From: Candidatus Omnitrophota bacterium
GTDB lineage: Bacteria; Omnitrophota; Omnitrophia; Omnitrophales; Aquincolibacteriaceae
DNA length: 64,000 bases
Assembly (NCBI GenBank): GCA_041674705.1
Contig: JBAYVF010000004.1
Location: 38,516-102,515 of the forward strand
Direction: 5' to 3'
Shown: piece after piece, positions 1 through 8,811 of the stretch
How the letters are laid out: every line of letters starts with the position of its first letter
Position numbering within the stretch: position 1 is the first letter of the stretch
Translations under genes and position numbers: made by a program
The notes under the pieces: model-generated
What the model saw: the letters and a program-made list of their open reading frames with translations, nothing else
Database searches by the model: none
Told to the model about the DNA's origin: nothing

Positions 1-561
1 CAAGAGGCCATTATTGGAATTGTCTATGCGGTGGCAGCAGCCGGGGCCATTCTCATCTTGAGCCGGGCGGCAGAAGGTGATGAAGAGATCCGTCATATGA
101 TGGTCGGCAATATCCTTCTGGTGGATCTCCGCGAGATACTCACGATGGCTGTCCTTTACGGCATCGTGGGTTCATTCCACTGGTATTTCCGCAAGACGTT
201 TCTCCTGATCTCGACAAAATCCGAAGAGGCTTATCGGAAAGGGATAAAGGTCCGGTGGTGGGACATTCTTTTTTATCTGACATTCGGTCTCGTGGTAACG
301 AGTTCGGTGCATATTGCGGGCGTCCTGCTCGTTTTCTCGTTTCTGATCATCCCGGCGGTCGGAGCGATCCTTTTTTCGGATAAAATATCCGGCAGGCTTT
401 TTCTGGGGTGGGGTTTTGGGATCCTTGCGAGTCTTGCAGGGATCGGGCTTTCGTATTACTTTGATCTCCCAACCGGGGCAACGGTGGTATGTGTTTTCGG
501 CGGACTCTTGGTCCTTCTCGCGTTAATAAAAACTTTGTTTCTTGCTGGCCCGAAGCCCTAG
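1..561 (+). CDS. ABC-3 family metal (Zn/Mn-type) ABC transporter permease, C-terminal part; the 5' end lies upstream of the window
   Basis: Frame 1 is open from position 1 (QEAIIGIVYAVAAAGAILIL...). The product is hydrophobic and multi-TM, with a ZnuB/MntB-like sequence. Confidence 0.65.
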   Translation, partial: QEAIIGIVYAVAAAGAILILSRAAEGDEEIRHMMVGNILLVDLREILTMAVLYGIVGSFHWYFRKTFLLISTKSEEAYRKGIKVRWWDILFYLTFGLVVTSSVHIAGVLLVFSFLIIPAVGAILFSDKISGRLFLGWGFGILASLAGIGLSYYFDLPTGATVVCVFGGLLVLLALIKTLFLAGPKP

Positions 562-1265
562 AGGCTGACCGCTTGGCCTTCTCGCAAGGGGGTAAAGCCT
601 CTTTTGTAAGCTCTTCGGAATAAGAGGTGGGCGGTAGCGCCGGTGCAGTGGAGGGGGATGACCTTTCGGACGCCGAGGGCTTGAAGTTCTGCGATGATCT
701 TTAAATTGTCTTTTCGCGTATTGTCCTTCATGTGGAATCCACCGCAGATAGCGTAGATTTTCTTGCCGAATATTTTGATAGCTTGCCTCACGATCCGGAC
801 GATCCCTGGGTGGGCGCAGCCCGTGATGACTGAAAAGCCCTTTTGTGATTTCACGACCAAAGCCTGTTCATAAAGAATGCCGCGACCTGTTTCGGCGCGC
901 ATCTGTCCAAGCGAAAAGATGCCCCGGCTTATTTGGCAGGGCCTGCTGACTTCGATTAATGAGCCGTGGTTACTCCGGATCAGCCCTTTTAGAGTTTTGC
1001 CGGTCTCCTTGCAGATGTGAACTTGTGCTTTGGGATGGGTCTTGAGGAAATCACCAAGTCCCGCAATGTGGTCCCAGTCCTCATGCGAGATCACCACATG
1101 TTTGACTCGGGAGAGATCGATTTTGAGGCGTCTGACATTTGTCCGAAAGATGTCTTCCCGGCCGAAAGCATCAAAGAGAACATCTCCGACGAGAAAAGAA
1201 ATGCCCCAACGCATGGCTTTACGTTCTTTTTTTGTTGAGCCATCGGCAATAAGCCTGAGATTCAT
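558..1265 (-). CDS. MBL-fold metallo-hydrolase
   Basis: HxHxDH-type motif (SHEDWDHIAGL) and a C-terminal CGGFH segment. Its stop overlaps the upstream gene's start. Confidence 0.7.
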   Translation of the reverse strand: MNLRLIADGSTKKERKAMRWGISFLVGDVLFDAFGREDIFRTNVRRLKIDLSRVKHVVISHEDWDHIAGLGDFLKTHPKAQVHICKETGKTLKGLIRSNHGSLIEVSRPCQISRGIFSLGQMRAETGRGILYEQALVVKSQKGFSVITGCAHPGIVRIVRQAIKIFGKKIYAICGGFHMKDNTRKDNLKIIAELQALGVRKVIPLHCTGATAHLLFRRAYKRGFTPLREGQAVSL

Positions 1266-1606
1266 TTTCTCCCGACCACTTCAGCGGCTTTTTCGACGCA
1301 GCCAACGCATGGTAGCTTTTTCAAAGCTTTGATCTCGTGGCATTTCAGGGAGCCTGCTAAGGAATGAAGCTCTTTCAAACCATCTTGGGTTCGGTGGGGG
1401 AAATGATGATCCAAGAGGCATTTTGCTGCGTAAAAAGCCCCGCAATATCCTTCTGGAGCCATTCCTCCACCGCAGGCTGAGAGCAATACCGTGGTTTTTT
1501 CCTCAAGTGGAAGTTGTTCCCGGAATGTTTCTGCGACAGACTGTGCACAATTAAGTCTTCGGGGGCTCTTCTTTCCCAAAAAATAGGCTTTTGCTGTTTC
1601 TTTCAT
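1262..1606 (-). CDS. C_GCAxxG_C_C family putative redox-active protein
   Basis: Family signatures NCAQSV ... ACGGGM ... GYCGAFYAAKC. Translationally coupled to the MBL hydrolase (4-nt overlap). Confidence 0.65.
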   Translation of the reverse strand: MKETAKAYFLGKKSPRRLNCAQSVAETFREQLPLEEKTTVLLSACGGGMAPEGYCGAFYAAKCLLDHHFPHRTQDGLKELHSLAGSLKCHEIKALKKLPCVGCVEKAAEVVGRK

Positions 1607-1779
1607 GAGTTATTGAAGCTTTCTATGGTCTTGTTTTAATTTCTCGTGAGCATTGCAAAAAGGACAGAACTTTTCCATCCGTGCCATGGCCCGGGCGAAT
1701 TTAGAGTTCGGGAAACGCCTGGCTATGATGCACAGAGGGCATATTTCACACACAAATGCGAGTAGCCGGATCAACCCGT

Positions 1780-2292
1780 TCATTTTTTGTCCTTTCCCGC
1801 CATTTTATGCTGTTTGAGAAAATGTTCTGTGCATTCCATGAATTTGGCGGTTCCTTTTGCGATAACCCGCTTGCCTTGCAAGAGCTCGGACTCCAGGATA
1901 TGCCACGCCGAGATAGATTTTTTTATCCGTGCACGGACGGTTGCCGCTTGCTTCACGGCAAGAGGGGATAGAAACCGAACCGTTAATGCTCCCGTCACGG
2001 CTATTCTACCATGGGCAAATAGGCAGTTCATCATCGCTCCGTCGAGGATCGCCGCAATGACGCCGCCGTGCATCAACCCGGGATAGCCTTGCAAGAACTC
2101 GTCGCAAAAGAAGCGCGCTTTAACAGAGCCATCTTTGCAAGCATGAAACGGTAGTTTGAGCCCAAGGGGATGCTTTTTGCCGCAGATGATGCAATGGGCA
2201 TGGAAAAGCTTTTGGAAGGACCTAAATCGCTTCTTTGTTTCCGCCATAAGTCCGCATGTGCTTTCTGTCAGGGGTTTTTTTACGTTTAGCAT
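1780..2292 (-). CDS. Hotdog-fold (PaaI/4HBT-like) thioesterase with an N-terminal Cys/His-rich segment
   Basis: HGGVIAAILDGAMMNC hotdog signature. N-terminal HAHCIICGKKH...HAC. Overlaps the next gene by 7 nt. Confidence 0.65.
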   Translation of the reverse strand: MLNVKKPLTESTCGLMAETKKRFRSFQKLFHAHCIICGKKHPLGLKLPFHACKDGSVKARFFCDEFLQGYPGLMHGGVIAAILDGAMMNCLFAHGRIAVTGALTVRFLSPLAVKQAATVRARIKKSISAWHILESELLQGKRVIAKGTAKFMECTEHFLKQHKMAGKDKK

Positions 2293-3137
2293 CCGACAAC
2301 CTCCCAGATCTTGGTGATCTCATTTTTTAAAGGGCCATTCGTATATTCTGTGATGGGTTTTCCTGCGATTACGGATTCGATGACGGCTCGTGCGAAAGGT
2401 ATTTTCCCGATAACAGGGACCCTGCGAGATTCGCAATAACGCTCGATCTTCTCCGACGCTTCCGGATTAATGTCCCATTTATTGATGACAAGCTGTGTCT
2501 GCACGTTGAAGTGCTCAGCTAGATCGATCACGCGTTCGGCATCATGCAATCCGGAAAGGGTGGGTTCTGTCACGATCAAGGCGAGATCCACTCCCGAAAG
2601 GGAAGCGATGACCGGACACCCGATGCCCGGAGGTCCATCGATGATGATGTGTGTTGCCCCGTTCTTTTCCGCGATTTCCTTGGCTGCCTCACGGACCTTC
2701 GCGACAAGTTTCCCCGAGTTTTCCTCGGCGATGCCCAGTTTTGCATGCACGAAGGGTCCGTACCGTGTTTCGGAAATAAACCACTCACCGGCCGTATTTT
2801 CTTTCATGCGGATCGCGTTTACAGGGCACAGCCTGGCGCATAAGCCACATCCTTCGCAAGCAATCGGGCTCACGGCAAATTCGGAACTGATCGCTTGAAA
2901 ACGGCATGCGTCCGAACATTGTCCGCAGTGCGTGCAAAGGACCGGATCGATCTTGGCAAAAGCCCCGCTCTTGAAGATGTTCCGTTCTTTTATGGAAGGG
3001 TGCAGCAAGAGGTGGAGATTGGCGGCATCGACATCGCAGTCCACCATGACCTTGTTTTTTGCCAATGATGCAAAAGCTCCGGTGAGCATGGTTTTCCCCG
3101 TGCCGCCTTTCCCGCTGATGACGACGATCTGTTTCAT
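2286..3137 (-). CDS. MinD/ParA-superfamily P-loop ATPase with inserted 2x[4Fe-4S] ferredoxin domain (COG1149-type)
   Basis: Deviant Walker A GKGGTGKT plus two CxxCxxCxxxCP motifs (CTHCGQCSDAC, CEGCGLCARLCP). Confidence 0.8.
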   Translation of the reverse strand: MKQIVVISGKGGTGKTMLTGAFASLAKNKVMVDCDVDAANLHLLLHPSIKERNIFKSGAFAKIDPVLCTHCGQCSDACRFQAISSEFAVSPIACEGCGLCARLCPVNAIRMKENTAGEWFISETRYGPFVHAKLGIAEENSGKLVAKVREAAKEIAEKNGATHIIIDGPPGIGCPVIASLSGVDLALIVTEPTLSGLHDAERVIDLAEHFNVQTQLVINKWDINPEASEKIERYCESRRVPVIGKIPFARAVIESVIAGKPITEYTNGPLKNEITKIWEVVGC

Positions 3138-3976
3138 GCCACGACCTTGGTGCTGTCCAGGATGAAACGGAAAAGCTCTTGGAATTTTGTCCGATATTCG
3201 GGGAATTGCTCAATAAAAGGGATTCCCACCGAATAGAGCTCAGCGATCTTGCGGTCGAAGGGGATCTTGAGTAGTACCGGGATGTCGTGAGCCTTAAAAT
3301 AAAGACGAGTTCTCAAGTCGTCAGGTTCCGCTCGATTCATAACAACGCCGTAAGGGATGCCAAGTTTTTGAACGGTTTCGATGGCCAGTTGGAGATCATT
3401 CATCCCGAAGGGTGTGGGTTCCGTGACCAGAATGCAGAAATCACTATCCTTTACGGCTGTGACCATAGGACACGCAGTGCCTGGAGGCGCATCAATGATC
3501 GCTGTCAAAGACGGATCGATATGTGATTTGACCTGCCTGATCAGAGGAGGGGCCATTGTCTCGCCTACGGTAAGCTTTCCCTGAATGAAACGGATGTCAT
3601 TTCGCTGTCCGATTTCAATCTCACCGATTGGGCGGTCGATCTCCCGGATCGTTCCCTGGGGGCATAGGCGGGAGCAGGCTCCGCAGCCGTGGCACATTTG
3701 AGGAAAGAAAAGGACCTTTTTAGGAAGCAGCGCGAAGGCATGATAAGCGCAAACATCCCGGCAAGTGCCGCAAAAGTTACATTTCCCGTAATCGATCTCC
3801 GGAACCCGGACCGTAGCCGGTTTTCGATCGCATATATTAGCTTTGAGAAATATCTGAGCATTAGGTTCTTCGACATCGCAATCAAGGAGCTGGGCTTGTT
3901 CAAGGCAGAGCGCCAGATTTACTGCCACCGTTGTTTTTCCGGTTCCGCCTTTGCCGCTTGCTACCGAGATGATCAT
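3134..3976 (-). CDS. MinD/ParA-superfamily P-loop ATPase with inserted 2x[4Fe-4S] ferredoxin domain (second paralogue)
   Basis: SGKGGTGKTT Walker A. Cys clusters CNFCGTCRDVC and CHGCGACSRLCP. 4-nt overlap with the neighbouring gene. Confidence 0.8.
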   Translation of the reverse strand: MIISVASGKGGTGKTTVAVNLALCLEQAQLLDCDVEEPNAQIFLKANICDRKPATVRVPEIDYGKCNFCGTCRDVCAYHAFALLPKKVLFFPQMCHGCGACSRLCPQGTIREIDRPIGEIEIGQRNDIRFIQGKLTVGETMAPPLIRQVKSHIDPSLTAIIDAPPGTACPMVTAVKDSDFCILVTEPTPFGMNDLQLAIETVQKLGIPYGVVMNRAEPDDLRTRLYFKAHDIPVLLKIPFDRKIAELYSVGIPFIEQFPEYRTKFQELFRFILDSTKVVA

Positions 3977-4620
3977 TTGGCTTTTGTCGCGATGAGCGTC
4001 TGATGAAAGAGCGTCTTCGTTTTTTGGAGGCTGAAATTTTTTCTCCGGAGGTATGCCGCAGTTTCCGACATGGTGATCGTGCCTCTGCCGTGAACATTTC
4101 CTTCGAGGGCATGGATCTGGTCCATGGTCTTAAATCCCTTTTCCGTAAAATCGCTCAGAATCAGCTTCCCCTGCGGTTTAAGGACTCGGATAAGTTCATC
4201 CAGGACCTTATGAGGCTGTGTGAAGTGGTGGAGGGTATTGATAGAGAAGATCATGTCATAGCTACTGTCTTTGAAACTCAAATGTTCGCCGTTCTCGACG
4301 CGAAGGTCAGCGAATCCGTCCAGAAGTTGGAATTTTAGATAGCGTTTCGCGATATCTTTTTCTTCTTTGGAAATATCAAAGCTGGTGAAGGAAAGTCCGC
4401 ATTTTGCAAGTGCGCTCGCGAAATGACCCTTTCCCGTGCCTGCTTCGAGTATCTTGCCGCGCAGGGGAGAGGCCTGTTCGAGAATCACTTCCCGCTCCCG
4501 GTCGAGATCGTAGCCGAATTTCAAAAACAATTTCTTGCGTTCAAATATCCGGGTTAATTCAGGAGGAAGTCCGGCGGGGATTTTGCTTTTCTTGGAGACT
4601 CGTATCGGATCAGTTTTCAT
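3973..4620 (-). CDS. Class I SAM-dependent methyltransferase (start corrected from the 265-aa ORF call)
   Basis: Motif I LEAGTGKGHFASALA and post-I VLKPQGKLILSD. The ORF-track N-terminal 50 aa overlaps a real ferredoxin gene in another frame. Start moved to ATG at 4620 (MKTDPIRV...). Confidence 0.7.
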   Translation of the reverse strand: MKTDPIRVSKKSKIPAGLPPELTRIFERKKLFLKFGYDLDREREVILEQASPLRGKILEAGTGKGHFASALAKCGLSFTSFDISKEEKDIAKRYLKFQLLDGFADLRVENGEHLSFKDSSYDMIFSINTLHHFTQPHKVLDELIRVLKPQGKLILSDFTEKGFKTMDQIHALEGNVHGRGTITMSETAAYLRRKNFSLQKTKTLFHQTLIATKAK

Positions 4621-4783
4621 TGGGAGTGATCGCTTGGGTTGGGCAGGAGGGAATGCAGCTCCCGCATTCGACGCATTGTTCGTTCGCCACAGCTTTGCCT
4701 CCCACGAGTCGGACTCCGTCCACAGGGCAAATTCCGATGCAAGCGCAGCAACCGTTACATTTTGAGGCATCTATTTTGACCAT
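4610..4783 (-). CDS. 2x[4Fe-4S] ferredoxin, 57 aa (not in ORF track)
   Basis: Minus-strand translation gives MVKIDASKCNGCCACIGICPVDGVRLVGGKAVANEQCVECGSCIPSCPTQAITPNEN*. It has two CxxCxxCxxxCP motifs. Its stop overlaps the methyltransferase start. Confidence 0.7.
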   Translation of the reverse strand: MVKIDASKCNGCCACIGICPVDGVRLVGGKAVANEQCVECGSCIPSCPTQAITPNEN

Positions 4784-4848
4784 GAAAATTTCTCCATCGT
4801 TTTATGTTTATAGAACAGCCTCCTAGGCTGTTTTTAGATTGTGATTTT

Positions 4849-5184
4849 TCAAAGAGGGTGAAAAAGGGTAATAGCTTCCGTGACCTTGCCGGTGATCCCG
4901 GTATGGATTTTTATCCCGGCAGGGTTCAGGACCTGGGCGGCATTCGGGCCGACGCTACCGGTCAAGACCGCCTCAACACCTTTTGAGACCATCAATTGTG
5001 CGGATTGGACGCCAGCACCCCCTGAGTTCTGGCCATTCGGATTTCCGAGGATCTCTTGCTCACCCGAAACCGTATCAACGATCCAGAAATACCGGCACCG
5101 GCCAAAGCGGGGATCGACCGCCGCTTCCGGATCATTTCCTTGAGCTGTAATACAGAGACGCATAGATTTCCTTTCGATTAGCAC
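4849..5184 (-). CDS. NifX/NifB-C-terminal-like (dinitrogenase FeMo-cofactor biosynthesis domain) protein
   Basis: About 110 aa with the RFGRCRYFWIVD motif typical of the NifB/NifX/NafY-type domain. Confidence 0.7.
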   Translation of the reverse strand: MLIERKSMRLCITAQGNDPEAAVDPRFGRCRYFWIVDTVSGEQEILGNPNGQNSGGAGVQSAQLMVSKGVEAVLTGSVGPNAAQVLNPAGIKIHTGITGKVTEAITLFHPL

Positions 5185-5254
5185 CGTTTCTCATTTGATT
5201 TTAAAGGAAAACGGTACAGCCTTGCGAATCCATAAAATCAATTGGAGCGCAGTG

Positions 5255-5620
5255 CTAGTGGCAACCACCCTCGTGCCCTTGGCAACCCGCCAGTCCGCCG
5301 AGCTTATTTTTAATGAGGTCTTCGACCGCGGCTCTGACATTTCCCGAGTAACCGAACACCTGAATCCCGGCGTGCACAAATTTTTCCTGAGCGCCCATAC
5401 CCATGCCGCCGGCGATCACGTGCGTTATACCATGCTTCATCATTTCGCCAACGGCCTGGCAGCCGCCCCCGCCGTGTTGGGCGGTGTTCTGAGCTACTTT
5501 AGCTTCCTTAACTTTATCTCCGTCTATTTCGACGATGCAAAAATATTTACACTGCCCGAAATGTGCGGATACATCGCTGTCGAGTCCCCGGTCGTCATTG
5601 GTGGTAATCCCTATTTTCAT
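5255..5620 (-). CDS. NifX/NifB-C-terminal-like domain protein with Gly/Cys/His-rich C-terminal tail
   Basis: HFGQCKYFCIVEID motif. The C-terminus GGLAGCQGHEGGCH suggests metal or cluster binding. Confidence 0.7.
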   Translation of the reverse strand: MKIGITTNDDRGLDSDVSAHFGQCKYFCIVEIDGDKVKEAKVAQNTAQHGGGGCQAVGEMMKHGITHVIAGGMGMGAQEKFVHAGIQVFGYSGNVRAAVEDLIKNKLGGLAGCQGHEGGCH

Positions 5621-5650
5621 TTGATACTCCCTTTAGTTTGATGTTGGATA

Positions 5651-5681
5651 GGGGACAGGCCGCTCATTCTTGCCTGTCCCC
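5651..5681 (-). promoter_or_regulatory. Intercistronic stem-loop (10-bp stem GGGGACAGGC/GCCTGTCCCC) between DUF5320 and NifX-like genes
   Basis: Perfect inverted repeat seen in the sequence. No U-run follows it on the minus strand, so it looks like a stability or processing element rather than a terminator. Confidence 0.35.
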
Positions 5682-5687
5682 TAAGTG

Positions 5688-5939
5688 TTATTTCGCTTTA
5701 CTCTGTTCCAGCTCGTTCAGTTTTGAACGGACGGCTTCCAATTCGCTGGAAAGGTATGCTGCACGCTCTTTCAGGGTCTCGGTTCCTTCGGTCCCGCTAA
5801 CTTTTGGCTGACCTGAATCAGCCCGTTGCCTGCCGGTGAGTCCCGTGGCATAAAACTGATTTCGCCAACCGCGTCCTCGACCCATCGTCATTCCCATTCT
5901 CCTGGGTCCTGTTCCATCTCCTCCTGGCATGATATTCAC
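5688..5939 (-). CDS. DUF5320-family small protein
   Basis: N-terminal GDGTGPRRMGMTMGRGRG plus C-terminal coiled coil. Sits beside DUF134 as is typical for this family. Confidence 0.6.
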   Translation of the reverse strand: MNIMPGGDGTGPRRMGMTMGRGRGWRNQFYATGLTGRQRADSGQPKVSGTEGTETLKERAAYLSSELEAVRSKLNELEQSKAK

Positions 5940-5948
5940 CTCCTTTGG

Positions 5949-6332
5949 TTAAATTGTGTCATTTGTTCCAAAATTGCCCCGGCGGCATCTTCCGCGCCCT
6001 TGCCCAAAACCGCCCTTGAGTGGAGGTTCCGGTTGTTCCGGTATCTGAATATTGATGCCACCGGCGATTTTGAGTGCTTTACCATTCACAATAGCATCTG
6101 CGATCTTCTTGTGGGCTGCAGCAATGGTATTGCCGAAGGTTTGCCGCGAAATATTCATTTTTTTTGCTGCGTCTTCCTGATAAAGGCCTTCCAGATCCGC
6201 GAGGCGGATCGCTTCAAACTCATCAAGTGTCAAACCAACCTCCTGAAGGACAGAGAGAGGAATGCCTCTTGGCTTGAAATAATCCACTCCGGGTGTTCCG
6301 AAAACGCGCCTGCATTTAAACGGTCTTGGCAT
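5949..6332 (-). CDS. DUF134/UPF0251 putative DNA-binding protein (first gene of operon)
   Basis: Conserved KCRRV...FKPRGIP...LTLDEFEAIRLADLEGL sequence, which is sigma-70 region-4-like. Confidence 0.7.
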   Translation of the reverse strand: MPRPFKCRRVFGTPGVDYFKPRGIPLSVLQEVGLTLDEFEAIRLADLEGLYQEDAAKKMNISRQTFGNTIAAAHKKIADAIVNGKALKIAGGINIQIPEQPEPPLKGGFGQGRGRCRRGNFGTNDTI

Positions 6333-6425
6333 GGGGTCCTCCGAATGTTATTAGCATATGCCAATAATAGCCCTCAAGAGACTACTTGTCAAGGATTCGA
6401 AGGAACTTTGCTGAATGGAGGGAAG

Positions 6426-6466
6426 GTAAAATCCCAACGGGCCCGATGTTAGGCGGACCCGTTGGG
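6426..6466 (-). terminator. Rho-independent terminator of the peroxiredoxin gene
   Basis: CCCAACGGG...CCCGTTGGG stem followed by a short U-run on the minus strand. Confidence 0.45.
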
Positions 6467-6480
6467 CAGGGAAAACTGTT

Positions 6481-7260
6481 TTATTGCTTACTCGAACCTT
6501 TTTCGACTTCCTCTTTGGGGAGCTTTTTAAAACACATGAACCAGTCCTTACAGGTCACATCTCCTTTTCCTGATTGTTCCATGCGTTCTTTAGCGGTCCC
6601 GCAAGAACCGGCGGGAGGTACGATCACATCCTGACCTGGCTGCCAGTTGGCAGGGGTAGCGACCTTAAAGGCATCGGCGGTCTGCATGGCGATCAAGAGA
6701 CGCTTGATCTCGTCAAAGTTGCGGCCGTTGGAGAGCGGATAGTAAAGCATCGCGCGAACTTTGCCCACGGGATCGATAAAAAATACCGCACGCACTGCTT
6801 TGGTATCGCTTGCGGTCGGCTGAAGCATCCCGTACTTTTTCGCCACTTCCATCTTGAGATCTTCGATCAGCGGGAAAGTTACTTCCACATTCTTCATCCC
6901 GTTGAACTCGATTTTTTCTTTGATCGTCCTGAGCCACGCGATATGGCTGTAGGTGCTATCGATCGAAAGACCGACCAGCTGTGTGTTGAGCTTCTCGAAC
7001 TCAGGCATCATGGTCGCAAACGTCATGAACTCGGTTGTGCAGACGGGAGTAAAATCCGCAGGGTGGCTGAAGAGAATGATCCATTTCCCCTTATAATCGC
7101 CCGGGAAATTGATCGGGCCTTGGGTGGTCTGGGCCGTAAACGCCGGAGCATCATCCCCGATCAGAGGCAAATGCTTGGCTGCGACTTCCTCAGCAAAACC
7201 TAAAGGAAGGGTGACAGTTATTAAGGCAAAAGCCAGTAACAGCGAAAACGTTTTTTTCAT
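6481..7260 (-). CDS. Secreted 1-Cys/Prx6-type peroxiredoxin (AhpC/TSA family)
   Basis: Signal peptide MKKTFSLLLAFALITVTLPLGFA. Peroxidatic motif FTPVCTTE. Confidence 0.8.
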   Translation of the reverse strand: MKKTFSLLLAFALITVTLPLGFAEEVAAKHLPLIGDDAPAFTAQTTQGPINFPGDYKGKWIILFSHPADFTPVCTTEFMTFATMMPEFEKLNTQLVGLSIDSTYSHIAWLRTIKEKIEFNGMKNVEVTFPLIEDLKMEVAKKYGMLQPTASDTKAVRAVFFIDPVGKVRAMLYYPLSNGRNFDEIKRLLIAMQTADAFKVATPANWQPGQDVIVPPAGSCGTAKERMEQSGKGDVTCKDWFMCFKKLPKEEVEKGSSKQ

Positions 7261-7418
7261 GGTGGCTCCTCGAATTTGTTGGGGGCTTTAGGAATTCCCT
7301 TCGATGGGTTCAATATAGGTCCGAAAAGCTGGCGAAGCAAGAGCCGATTTATTTTGGGGTTTTTCCGTAAAAAAGCTTTTTGGAAGGTGAAAAAGCGATA
7401 AGATATACAATATTCCTT

Positions 7419-8807
7419 ATGAAAAAAGCTATCTTGTTTCTCTCGATATTGAGCTTGATCTCGGGCCATTTGGTTTGCGCCGAAGAAATGCCGGCGCAAA
7501 ACGCAGAGCTTGAGAAACGCACATTCCTTGATTGTTACCAGAAAGTTCTCACCCATTATCCCGCGCTCAGGAAACGGTATGAACAATTGGAACAGGCCAA
7601 GGCGGAACGAAATCTTGCCATCGCGGATCTTTTTCCCAAAGTGCGCGGCATTTTCGAAATGGAGACCTCCGATGACCCGGTGTTCGTGTTCGGCAGTCTG
7701 CTCCGGCAGAAATCTTTTACCGACCAGAACTTCGAGCTTAATTCACTCAACACACCCCGTCACCGGACGAATTATCATTTCGGGATCGAAGGGGACATCC
7801 TTCTTTTCGATTCATTCAATACGATCTCGAAGATCCGCTCCGCCCGCCGGCTTGTGAAATCCGCGGATCTCGAGACGGATTTTACCGAAATGGAAGCCGC
7901 GATCATCACGCTTGAAAGTTATTTGGGGATCCTTCTCGCGCGGGAGCTCTATAACGTTGCGGTCGAGGTAAAGGAAGCCTCGGACAAGGATCTTCAGCAG
8001 GCCAAAGACCTGAACGACAAGGGGATGATCTTGGGCGCGGACTATTACGCGGCCAAGGTGACGGCGGCAGGGATCGAGCGTGAAGTGAACCGACTAAAGG
8101 GCCTTCTTAAAACTTCTCGCATGTTGATGAATATTCTGATGGGGGAAGACCCGGAGCTTGTCTGGGATGCGGCTGGTCAATTTCCGGATGCCGCTCAAGA
8201 TCAAGGGGCACTTCAATCCTGGCTCGCTCAGGCGTATCAAAAAAGGCTGGACCTTGCGGCGATGGATCAGCTGCTTGATGCGCAACGGATCGAATCGCTG
8301 CGCCAGAAAACTTCCTTTCTCCCAAAATTTTACGGGTTCGGCAGTTTGGATGAAGACACCAACAATTGGCATACCGGCGGGCAGAACTTTTCAGTAGGCG
8401 TGAAAGGTTCGATGGATTTTTTTGATCCGAGTTATCCGGGACGCGTAAAAGGATCCGGCGCCAGATACAAGGAGCTTAAGGCCGAACGCGACGCGCTTCG
8501 CGATGAGATCGCCAAGGGACTTATCCAGGAGCTCACGCGTTACGAAACCGTGACCGCGGATGCGCCGATCATGAAGTTGGCCTACGCCGACGCAAAACAG
8601 GCCTCCGAACTTACGGCGAAACTTTATCAGGAAGGCCGAAAATCGATCGCGGATCTTCTGGAGATGCGCCGCGGCTATTTTGAAACGGCCGCCGGGTTCC
8701 AGAGCCTTCTCTTGGCGCTTGAACTCGAATATGCAAAACTTTTATTCCTCTCCGGACAGCTTACCGAAAACGGTATCCACGAAATGAACACGCGGCTCAA
8801 AGGTTAG
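7419..8807 (+). CDS. TolC-family outer membrane efflux protein
   Basis: Signal peptide from MKKAILFLSILSL, so the start is moved from 7380. Coiled-coil/beta repeats typical of outer membrane efflux proteins. Confidence 0.75.
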   Translation: MKKAILFLSILSLISGHLVCAEEMPAQNAELEKRTFLDCYQKVLTHYPALRKRYEQLEQAKAERNLAIADLFPKVRGIFEMETSDDPVFVFGSLLRQKSFTDQNFELNSLNTPRHRTNYHFGIEGDILLFDSFNTISKIRSARRLVKSADLETDFTEMEAAIITLESYLGILLARELYNVAVEVKEASDKDLQQAKDLNDKGMILGADYYAAKVTAAGIEREVNRLKGLLKTSRMLMNILMGEDPELVWDAAGQFPDAAQDQGALQSWLAQAYQKRLDLAAMDQLLDAQRIESLRQKTSFLPKFYGFGSLDEDTNNWHTGGQNFSVGVKGSMDFFDPSYPGRVKGSGARYKELKAERDALRDEIAKGLIQELTRYETVTADAPIMKLAYADAKQASELTAKLYQEGRKSIADLLEMRRGYFETAAGFQSLLLALELEYAKLLFLSGQLTENGIHEMNTRLKG

Positions 8808-8811
8808 CTCT

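Noticed and set aside
3973-4770. 265-aa ORF call for the methyltransferase including a 50-aa N-terminal extension
   Set aside because: The extension overlaps a bona fide ferredoxin gene in another frame. The methyltransferase most likely starts at ATG 4620.
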